DNA of 51,901 nt from Bacteroidota bacterium (lineage in GTDB: Bacteria > Bacteroidota > Ignavibacteria > Kapaibacteriales > Kapaibacteriaceae), in contig JBEBCJ010000134.1 of NCBI GenBank assembly GCA_041157865.1, positions 1 to 51,901 of the forward strand, given 5' to 3'. Below, piece by piece: positions 25,950-34,050 of this stretch. How positions within the stretch are numbered: position 1 is the first letter of the stretch; each line of letters starts with the position of its first letter. The notes beneath the pieces were generated by a model. The model saw only the letters and a list, made by a program, of their open reading frames with translations. It was not told where the DNA came from and ran no database searches. The translations under genes and the position numbers were made by a program.

Positions 25950-26596
25950 TGAATATCGGTCTTTGGGCGCTTGTAGCGGCCTGTTACGTATTGGGTGGCA
26001 TCCCTACCGCGTGGATTGTGCGTAAACTGCAACCCGGAGCTAATGATCTGCGCTCGGAAGGTTCGGGCAACATCGGGGCCCGTAATCTGTGGGATGTGGG
26101 CAGCAGTAAGCTAGCCGCCGTAGCGGTTGGTATACTTGATGCAGTAAAAGGTGTGCTGGCAATACTTCTGGCCCAATGGCTGCATGGAGGATGGTTCGAG
26201 GCTACTGCATGGGCCGGTGTTGCTGTTGTCCTCGGTCACAACTACAGCGTGTTCCTGGGAATGAAAGGCGGCAGGGGGCTGGCAACAGCCGTTGGCGTAT
26301 TTGTTCTGGTCAACCCACTTGTAGTGATCACCTGGGGTATGTCATACCTAACGGGTTACTACGTGATACGGCGTAACATTCATATCGCATGTATGTGCGC
26401 TATCATCGGCTCAACAGGCCTTATGTGGAGTTTGCCAAACAGCGCTCTGGTGCAGACGATGCAGGTCCAATGCTGGGATGTCACGGAGCTTCGACTGATG
26501 GTAGCAGGCGTTGCGTTCGCGCATTTCCTACGCCACATAGAGCCCGTGCGAGCCGCAATTCAGGAAGCAGACGACGACGAGGAAGAAACTACATGA
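25949..26596 (+). CDS. plsY: Glycerol-3-phosphate acyltransferase PlsY
   Basis: 215 aa. Contains GSGNIGARN, LDAVKG, GHNYSVFLGMKGGRG. The start overlaps the maf stop (TGATG). Confidence 0.9.
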   Translation: MNIGLWALVAACYVLGGIPTAWIVRKLQPGANDLRSEGSGNIGARNLWDVGSSKLAAVAVGILDAVKGVLAILLAQWLHGGWFEATAWAGVAVVLGHNYSVFLGMKGGRGLATAVGVFVLVNPLVVITWGMSYLTGYYVIRRNIHIACMCAIIGSTGLMWSLPNSALVQTMQVQCWDVTELRLMVAGVAFAHFLRHIEPVRAAIQEADDDEEETT

Positions 26597-27879
26597 TGCA
26601 GTGCTTTGCACGCGTCTATTGCGCGCTCGAGAGGTACTGTTACGAGCACACATCTCGGCTGCAGCACTGATGTAACAGTTGTGTCTGCGAAATCACAAAG
26701 CCGAGCTGCAATTTGTGCCAATGCTGATGGAGCAGCAACATCAGCACCACAGAGTGCTATGCAGGCTGCCGGCTCGATCGTACCACCAAATCCAACCAGT
26801 GCCACGTTGATGTCCGTTGCGATGTCTTCGTGCGGTGCGTGAACAACAACCATGTGTCCGTTCTTAGTGGCAATCTGCATCGCTGTCTGTTCACGAAGGT
26901 GCGGTGCGGCCATTATAGCCTGCGCTCCGCCGGTGCTTGTATGAATGCTGAGGCAAGGCCGTAGAATCGCAAGAGCAGTTACTGCTTGCTGTGCTGTTTG
27001 CTCGGCAGTGATGATCGTACCAGCGGCTGTGGGCTCGAAGGTGTTGAGAACACGTACAGGTATTCCAGCTTCAACAGCAGGTTGAACGGTTTCGGGATGC
27101 AGGACCTTTGCACCATAGAGTGCAAGTGTACGCACGTCGTCAAAAGATATGGAAGCAAGGGGCTCGGCATCCGGAACAATTCTCGGGTCGCATGAGTACA
27201 CACCGCTTACATCTGTCCAGATCTGAATCTCGCTGGCACCAAGACTGCGCCCCAGCAATGCAGCCGTGTAGTCTGATCCGCCGCGTCCGAGTGTTGTTGG
27301 GATACCAGTCGTGGTTGCACCGATAAACCCCTGGGTTACAACGATCGATCCGGATTCTGCAAGTGGTTTGATGATCCTCTGCGCAGCACGTGCGGTAGCG
27401 TCGAGATCAACTGCGGCTGATGCGAAATCATTGTTGGTTATCACGACATCTCGCGCGTCTACCCGGATTGTGTTGATGCCTAGGCTTGAAAGAAAGTCCG
27501 CGAACAACTGTGTACTCAGCAGCTCGCCATAACCGGCAATAGCATCCAATGTCTGATTTGTGCACTCACCAAGGATCGCAGCAGCTTCCAGACGTTGCCT
27601 ACATTCGTCAAGGATGGCTTCTGCTGCAGTATGCTGCAAGCCAAGCTCGAGAGCAATACCAAGATGGCGCTCTTGTAGATCTGCAAACTCACGTTCGTAG
27701 TTGCGACCACTAGTAGCAAGCTGTGCCAAAACAAGAAGTGCATTGGTAGTGCCTGCAGTAGCCGAGAGTACAACCACCGTGCCGCTGGTGCGCAGGGCGT
27801 GTTCTCTAACGATCATGGAGACCGACCGTAGTGCTTCTGCGTTGCGGACTGATGTGCCGCCGAACTTCATCACCTGCAT
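26560..27879 (-). CDS. lysC: Aspartate kinase
   Basis: 439 aa. Contains MQVMKFGGTSV, RGGSDYTAALLG and C-terminal ACT-like domains. The 3' end overlaps the plsY 3' end by 37 nt. Confidence 0.9.
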   Translation of the reverse strand: MQVMKFGGTSVRNAEALRSVSMIVREHALRTSGTVVVLSATAGTTNALLVLAQLATSGRNYEREFADLQERHLGIALELGLQHTAAEAILDECRQRLEAAAILGECTNQTLDAIAGYGELLSTQLFADFLSSLGINTIRVDARDVVITNNDFASAAVDLDATARAAQRIIKPLAESGSIVVTQGFIGATTTGIPTTLGRGGSDYTAALLGRSLGASEIQIWTDVSGVYSCDPRIVPDAEPLASISFDDVRTLALYGAKVLHPETVQPAVEAGIPVRVLNTFEPTAAGTIITAEQTAQQAVTALAILRPCLSIHTSTGGAQAIMAAPHLREQTAMQIATKNGHMVVVHAPHEDIATDINVALVGFGGTIEPAACIALCGADVAAPSALAQIAARLCDFADTTVTSVLQPRCVLVTVPLERAIDACKALHHVVSSSSSSAS

Positions 27880-27882
27880 GGA

Positions 27883-28482
27883 TTATCCGACGTCGAAGAA
27901 CGAAGAAAGGTGTTCCGCCTTCGGAACGTGCACAATGATCCGGTCTTCTACGAGCGAGGCTACAGCCCGCTTGGCCCTGTCCAGATCTACGCCGCGTAGG
28001 TAGGCAAAATGCCAGATATCCATGGGGCCGGCAGACATTTCAACGGTGATGGCCTGCTCGACCGTCATGTTGCCACCTGCCAAAAACCTGTCACGAACTG
28101 CTTCTACGAAGTCGGTTGATTCCTTTTCAAGAAGCATATCCGGAGTGAAGTAGTAATTGTCTGCAGTTTGAAGATCACAGATTAGAAACGCCCCCTTGCC
28201 GGGGCTTCCGATGAATTCTCTGACATATGACATCGACACGAGGTAGGGGGCTTCCGGCTCGTTACTCCAGAGATCATTCCATACCTCTGGATCTTGAACG
28301 CGCAGCCACTCCTGAAACACGATTTCGTGGGCCGGTAGGCGCATCAGCGCGCGGGCCCCGTATGCCGCCGCAACATCATCGGCATCGCTTAATGACATCG
28401 ATGCCAGCGTTGCTTCGTCAAACTCTATATATCCGCGAGCATCTATGGAATGCGTGCAGAATGATGATAAGTCAGTTGTCAT
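27883..28482 (-). CDS. Hypothetical cytoplasmic protein
   Basis: The start is taken at MTTDLSS (ATG 28482), which abuts the stop of the upstream YfhO-like gene. 199 aa, acidic, no motif recognised. Confidence 0.6.
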   Translation of the reverse strand: MTTDLSSFCTHSIDARGYIEFDEATLASMSLSDADDVAAAYGARALMRLPAHEIVFQEWLRVQDPEVWNDLWSNEPEAPYLVSMSYVREFIGSPGKGAFLICDLQTADNYYFTPDMLLEKESTDFVEAVRDRFLAGGNMTVEQAITVEMSAGPMDIWHFAYLRGVDLDRAKRAVASLVEDRIIVHVPKAEHLSSFFDVG

Positions 28483-30998
28483 GCAGCCTGCCGACCCTTC
28501 TGCCGCTGAACGACCCATAGAGCAAGTGCTCCGAGTCCAAGCAGGGCCGCAGCGATATTTGATGCCAAACTGATCGTGCGTCCGCGTTCGAAGGCAGGGC
28601 TTTGATATCTGAACTCGACAGTATGAGTCCCCGGCGGGACAACGAGGCCGCGCAGCAGGAAGTTTGTCTTCACCATCGGCACTTCATTGCCATCAATGTA
28701 GGCATGCCATTCATCGTAGAAGATCTCACTAACTACGAGGAATTGCTTGGTAGACGTTGTTGCCTTGATCGTGAGCTTTTGATTGCTCCGGTCGACTACC
28801 TGTGCAGTAGACATTGAGTCTGTACCACATGCGTTCATGCCACTGAAGGATTCTTCGACAACTGCCTTGCGGCGCGCATCAAATGCACCATCACGCAGCT
28901 GCTCCAGCATTGTGCGGCGGTCGTACTGAACCGCAATTGAATCAACAAACCACGCTCGCGGCAAAACACCTTCGTTTGCATAGACCATGAGTTGAGTTTC
29001 GTTGGAACGGAACACCGGTTCGATGCCTTGGTAGATAGGCCTGTCTGAGACGATGTACTTAACGTTCAGAAGATTCCAGAGGTATGGGTTGAGTACTGCA
29101 GAATTGCCTGGTGCCGGACGCTGTCCCGGGCCCGGTGCTGCAACATCGAGCATGTCCTGATAGACGCGCAGTTTAGCCGATGAATAGCCTGAGACACTTT
29201 CAATAAAATGATAAGCCCACCAGTTCGCAGGAAACGCATTAGAAAGGTCGCAGACACGATATGGGCCCCTGTCGTTCTGCAGGAAGGAGACCACGTCGTT
29301 CTTTGCAAAAACATTCATTTCTGGCGAGCCCTCTTTGGGCTCGTACGGACGCTTGTCTACGCGCCAGAGGTCTACTATCGTCATCGTCAGGACAAGCATG
29401 AAAACAACGTTCGCTTTGAGAAGTCCGCGAGTTGCGGCAAAGATGAGTCCACCTGTTGCCAACAAGTAGAACACGGCTGCCATCGCATCGGCATGCATCT
29501 CGTTGTACACGATATCCAGAAACTGCTCCGAAACAGCAGCGTTTGGATCGCCCCCTTGCTTGGCAACAAGTGCCGCGTTTACTGCCTCTTTATAATCGGC
29601 CTCGTCGGTTGCAACAAGAAATATCACTGCAGACATCACCGCTACAATGCCAAGAATGATGAGCCCGCGTCTGCGGCTTTGTGGTGTGCTTTCTGATGCC
29701 CAGGCTGCAACTGCTGAGAGTCCGTAGCCGGCCGCAACCGGAAGTGCAAATTGCAGCAGACAAAGAGCCATGGAGGGGGCTCGGAATTTGTTGAACGCCG
29801 GTACGGCATTGTAGAAGATGTCATAGAGGACAGGGAAGTTCTTGCCGAAGGAAAGCAACAAAGAGAACGCACCAACTACAGTGAGAAAGATCACAAATGG
29901 GTCTCTACGGTAGTGCCACATGCCGATCAGGCCGAGTACCAGCACAGCAACACCCATGTAGTTAGCCGCATCGGTAAAGGGCATCTGGCCCCAATACAGG
30001 TTGCCCCGCTGCGGCGGTGCTGACCGGCTTGTCTTGATCGATGTGTTACCAAAGCCATAGTAGTTTGGAACGACAAACGTGAACATCTCCCCAGGCGAGA
30101 AGGACCAATTGGTGGCGTACTCGTAGTCGTTGCCTCCGGTTTGATCCTGTGCATTCTTCTCCGATTGCACAAGCGGTGCCGAACCCCGGGTTGATTCGGG
30201 TGTGTATTCACGTGTAGCAAGGAACATATCGGCATGCGAGCCGAGAGCGATCACGGTAGCAAGTACCAAGCCGGCCCCTGCCTTGAGTACATCCATCCAG
30301 CCCTCTTTGGTGATAAGGCGCGTGGTGAGTTCGACCAACATGTAGATCGCTGTGCCGCATCCGATATAGAACATCATTTGCGGGTGTGTTGCAGAAACCA
30401 GAACGATAAGCGGAAGCGTCAGGAGAAAGAGATTACCTACGCTGAACTTTTCGCGCAGACGCTCCAGGGCAAGCAAAATCCATGGGAGCGTAGCCATCGA
30501 GACGGGTTTGGTGCTATGGCCGATCATGATCCAGACAATGACGAATGTGCTGAAGATGGCCGCAATGGCAGAGAACACGCCGATAAGTCTGTGCAATCCC
30601 TTTACGCGAGCAAGAGTGTATACTCCCCAGCCATACATCACATACCACAACGCCAGACGTGCTGTATCGTTGTTGAAGAGGTCTCCCATCGCGCGAGGGA
30701 ACGAGAAGATGAACTGTCCAACGAAATCCCACGTGCGATCACCAGCAGCCAGAAACGATGCAAGCGAGGGCATGCCACCGAAAATGTAGGGCACCCACAG
30801 CGGAAACTCACCTGCGTCTTTGGCCTGTTCCAGATAAGGCACAAATGAGTAGAAGGCTACATTGTCGCCTCCGCTCATGAAGTTTTTACCGCCGAACAAC
30901 GCATCAGCAAAGAATACGATCACCGACAGAAGTATGGATGCATATGCTAGAACGTCTCCATACTTTGTAAAAAATGATGTTGACTGCTTTGTGGACAT
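28479..30998 (-). CDS. YfhO-family polytopic membrane protein (GT-C-like glycosyltransferase fold)
   Basis: 839 aa. The N-terminus GGDNVAFYSFVPYLEQAKDAGEFPLWVPYIFGGMPSLASF is typical of YfhO. It has many TM helices, a large C-terminal periplasmic domain and a final TM helix. Confidence 0.8.
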   Translation of the reverse strand: MSTKQSTSFFTKYGDVLAYASILLSVIVFFADALFGGKNFMSGGDNVAFYSFVPYLEQAKDAGEFPLWVPYIFGGMPSLASFLAAGDRTWDFVGQFIFSFPRAMGDLFNNDTARLALWYVMYGWGVYTLARVKGLHRLIGVFSAIAAIFSTFVIVWIMIGHSTKPVSMATLPWILLALERLREKFSVGNLFLLTLPLIVLVSATHPQMMFYIGCGTAIYMLVELTTRLITKEGWMDVLKAGAGLVLATVIALGSHADMFLATREYTPESTRGSAPLVQSEKNAQDQTGGNDYEYATNWSFSPGEMFTFVVPNYYGFGNTSIKTSRSAPPQRGNLYWGQMPFTDAANYMGVAVLVLGLIGMWHYRRDPFVIFLTVVGAFSLLLSFGKNFPVLYDIFYNAVPAFNKFRAPSMALCLLQFALPVAAGYGLSAVAAWASESTPQSRRRGLIILGIVAVMSAVIFLVATDEADYKEAVNAALVAKQGGDPNAAVSEQFLDIVYNEMHADAMAAVFYLLATGGLIFAATRGLLKANVVFMLVLTMTIVDLWRVDKRPYEPKEGSPEMNVFAKNDVVSFLQNDRGPYRVCDLSNAFPANWWAYHFIESVSGYSSAKLRVYQDMLDVAAPGPGQRPAPGNSAVLNPYLWNLLNVKYIVSDRPIYQGIEPVFRSNETQLMVYANEGVLPRAWFVDSIAVQYDRRTMLEQLRDGAFDARRKAVVEESFSGMNACGTDSMSTAQVVDRSNQKLTIKATTSTKQFLVVSEIFYDEWHAYIDGNEVPMVKTNFLLRGLVVPPGTHTVEFRYQSPAFERGRTISLASNIAAALLGLGALALWVVQRQKGRQAA

Positions 30999-31021
30999 AG
31001 GGCGAATCCTCTACGTTGGGC

Positions 31022-32449
31022 ATGAGTTCAATTGACAAAAGTACGTATGTTGAAGCTATGGAAAACCTAGAGGTTCGGACATCGCCGCTCACGATCGATG
31101 ATGCATTGCACCTGCTTCGTAGAGCTACATTTCACCCGACGTATCAGGCCGCAAAAGCACTCGTGGGCTTGGCACCCTCTGAGGCTGTTTCGAGGCTGCT
31201 TTCGACCCCAGTTGCACCTCTTGCAGACTTGCCATGGGCTACTACAGCCCCCAACTACCAGGATTTTGCGGCCAATGCTCGACTGTGGCCAGAGATGCAG
31301 CAGTGGTGGATGCAGCGGGTACTATCTGTGCCGCATGTTCACGAGAAGCTCATTGTATTCTGGCATAATGTCTTCACATCAGACTACATCAGAGTGTATA
31401 TCGCTCAGTGGATGGTGAACCAACACAAGTTGATTCGTAGCAATGCAACGAACTACGCTGTTCTGGCCGAGAAGATCGTCGGAGATCCTGCAATGCTGCG
31501 CTACCTTGATGGAGAACTCAACGTAAAGGGCCGTCCGAATGAGAACTTCGCACGTGAATGGTTCGAGCTGTTTACGCTCGGCATCGGCAATTACACGGAA
31601 CAGGATATCCAGGACGCGGCGCGTGCATTTACCGGCTGGCGCATCAATGGTGTTCAGGGAGTCTACAGCAAGCAGTTAGCTGATACCGACACAAAGACCA
31701 TTCTCGGGAAAACTGGACAGTGGGATTGGAAAGACGTTGTCCGTATTACACTCGAGTCCGATGTATGCGCACGCTACATTGCCAAGCGCATTGTCAAGCA
31801 GTTCGTCGAATTCTACCCGACGGATGATACGATCACAAACGTTCAGCAGATCGTGCGAAGCGCGAACTACGACATGGTAGCAATTCTGCAGAGGCTGCTT
31901 TCTTCAGAGTACTTTTACACAATGAGCGTGCGCGGGGCACTGATTAAAAGTCCGGCCGAACTGGTCGTTGGACTGGCAGCCTCGATAGGAGCCCTTCGTG
32001 TGCAGCCGTCGTATTGCGTTGCATCGATGACCAAGCTGACGCAGGAACCGTTCTACCCCCCAACTGTTGAGGGCTGGAAAGGTCACCACGCCTGGATCAC
32101 CAGCTCTACCTTCCCACAGCGCCAGCGCTTTGCCGAAGCCTTCATCGACGGACGTCAAGCAGGTAGCTCGGCAAAGCTGCTAGATGCAGAAGGCAAGAAC
32201 TTTACCCCGGATGTTGTTGCCATGGTGCTGCAACTGCCAGATGCCGACGACGCCGCAAAGCTTGTAGCACACGTTGCCTCCCTGATGCTTGCTGTTCCCG
32301 TAACGCAGAAACAGCTCAGCGTGCTGCTTGAGATCATGCTGGCCGGAGCTCAGGTGTATGAGTGGAACGTCAATTCGCCATCTGCGCCGCAGCGCATCAA
32401 ATTCCTCCTGCAGGCCATCGTTCGCATGCCGGAATATCAGTTGATGTAA
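31022..32449 (+). CDS. DUF1800 domain-containing protein
   Basis: The ATG at 31022 follows the track start at 31016, which is TTG. Contains ALHLLRRATF and the hallmark FWHNVFTS (FWHNHF-like) motif. Confidence 0.8.
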   Translation: MSSIDKSTYVEAMENLEVRTSPLTIDDALHLLRRATFHPTYQAAKALVGLAPSEAVSRLLSTPVAPLADLPWATTAPNYQDFAANARLWPEMQQWWMQRVLSVPHVHEKLIVFWHNVFTSDYIRVYIAQWMVNQHKLIRSNATNYAVLAEKIVGDPAMLRYLDGELNVKGRPNENFAREWFELFTLGIGNYTEQDIQDAARAFTGWRINGVQGVYSKQLADTDTKTILGKTGQWDWKDVVRITLESDVCARYIAKRIVKQFVEFYPTDDTITNVQQIVRSANYDMVAILQRLLSSEYFYTMSVRGALIKSPAELVVGLAASIGALRVQPSYCVASMTKLTQEPFYPPTVEGWKGHHAWITSSTFPQRQRFAEAFIDGRQAGSSAKLLDAEGKNFTPDVVAMVLQLPDADDAAKLVAHVASLMLAVPVTQKQLSVLLEIMLAGAQVYEWNVNSPSAPQRIKFLLQAIVRMPEYQLM

Positions 32450-32460
32450 GGAGCACAGTC

Positions 32461-34041
32461 ATGAAACGCCGTTCATTTCTTCGTAAAGCCGGTATTGCGG
32501 GTGCTGCTGTATCGACGCTGCCCACACTCGTTGATTCGTTCACTGTGCAGGCATTGGCAGGGGGCGACCCCCGACTTCATGCGATGCTGGAAGACCAAGA
32601 CCGCATTTTGGTGCTCATCCAGCTCTTTGGTGGTAATGACGGACTCAATACCGTTATCCCGATCGACGATCCTCGTTACTATGAGGGACGTCCAACGATT
32701 GCAATTCCAAAGAGCAAAACACTGAAGATCAACGATGATCTTGGCCTGCACCCGGCCATGGCTGGCATGCGTGGACTCTACGATCAGGGTCAGCTCGCAA
32801 TCCTGCAGGGTGTATCGTACCCCAATCCCGACAGGTCCCATTTTCGTGGTACAGACATCTGGCTTACAGCAACCGATGCCGATGTACTCGGTTCAACAGG
32901 TTGGGTAGGCAGATATCTGCAGACCCTCGCACCGGGCTATCCCACAGAGCTGCCTGCACACCCGCTGGCGATACAGATTGGAACGCAAACTTCACTTGGC
33001 CTACTTGGCTCGACGGGAACGATGGGTATTAGCTTCAGAGATCCTGAAGAGTTCTATCGGCTTGTCAATGGCGGTGGCGGTTCGGGCGAGGTTCCCAGCA
33101 GCGACCAAACTGATACGGCAGTCGGCCGCGAGATTGCCTTTATGCGCAACATCGCCAAGAGCGCGGATGTCTACGCACAAGTGGTCAAGCAGGCCAACGA
33201 CAAGGCAGGCAGCACATCAACGTCCTTTCCTGCAACCGACCTCGGTGGTAAGCTAAAGGTGATATCTCAGTTGATATCCGGTGGACTAAAAACACGTGTT
33301 TACCTTGTTTCATGGGCCTCTGCCAGTTTTGATACCCACGCCAACCAAACACTCACAACAGACTCTACACTGGGCACCCATAGCGACCTCTTGGGCGAGC
33401 TCAGTGATGCAGTTACGGCATTCATGGCAGAGATGAAGGTCAAGGGGCAACACGAGCGTGTTTCTGGTATGACGTTCTCAGAGTTTGGCCGACGCGTGGC
33501 CGAGAACGGGTCCGTTGGAACCGACCACGGAACGGCGGCACCGCTTTTCGTTTTCGGATCACAGGTCAACGGCGGCATCTATGGTAAGAACCCTGACCTT
33601 GAGGACTTAGACGTGATCGGCGACATGAAGATGCAGTATGACTACCGCGACATCTACGCGAGTGTATTGCTGCAATGGTTCGGTGTTGCATCAACTACCG
33701 CTCAGCAGCTGTTATACAAAGACTTCAGTGCAAAGGCCCCGTCAATCTTTACCGCATTGCCAACATCAGTAGGCGATCATCGTGGCGCCGAAAGAAGGTT
33801 CCTTACCGTAACGCCTAACCCTGCTTCGGATGTTGTTGCAGTGCGCGCAAATGTTCTCGAAGGTTCTCATGCAACACTTACGCTGCGCGATATGCGAGGC
33901 GCAGTTTGCGCATCGGTAGGTGTCGATTCATGGACAGGCGTTGGTAGGTTCAACGTCTCTGCTCTGGTAGAGGGTGCCTACGTTGTTACTCTCGAAGACG
34001 GCAGATCTACTGCGCATACTTTCATCCATGTCTCAAGGTAA
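32461..34041 (+). CDS. DUF1501 (sulfatase/alkaline-phosphatase-like) protein with Tat signal and T9SS C-terminal domain
   Basis: The ATG at 32461 starts MKRRSFLRKAGIAGAAVSTLP, a twin-arginine motif. The DUF1501 core is visible (GGNDGLNTVIP, DTHANQ, GTDHGTAAP). The C-terminus LTVTPNPASDVVAV...GAYVVTLEDG...FIHVSR is T9SS CTD-like. Confidence 0.85.
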   Translation: MKRRSFLRKAGIAGAAVSTLPTLVDSFTVQALAGGDPRLHAMLEDQDRILVLIQLFGGNDGLNTVIPIDDPRYYEGRPTIAIPKSKTLKINDDLGLHPAMAGMRGLYDQGQLAILQGVSYPNPDRSHFRGTDIWLTATDADVLGSTGWVGRYLQTLAPGYPTELPAHPLAIQIGTQTSLGLLGSTGTMGISFRDPEEFYRLVNGGGGSGEVPSSDQTDTAVGREIAFMRNIAKSADVYAQVVKQANDKAGSTSTSFPATDLGGKLKVISQLISGGLKTRVYLVSWASASFDTHANQTLTTDSTLGTHSDLLGELSDAVTAFMAEMKVKGQHERVSGMTFSEFGRRVAENGSVGTDHGTAAPLFVFGSQVNGGIYGKNPDLEDLDVIGDMKMQYDYRDIYASVLLQWFGVASTTAQQLLYKDFSAKAPSIFTALPTSVGDHRGAERRFLTVTPNPASDVVAVRANVLEGSHATLTLRDMRGAVCASVGVDSWTGVGRFNVSALVEGAYVVTLEDGRSTAHTFIHVSR

Positions 34042-34050
34042 CAGGTTGAC

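Noticed and set aside
27880-27882. A lysine riboswitch or leader upstream of lysC.
   Set aside because: lysC starts 3 nt after the preceding gene's stop, so there is no leader region to hold a riboswitch.
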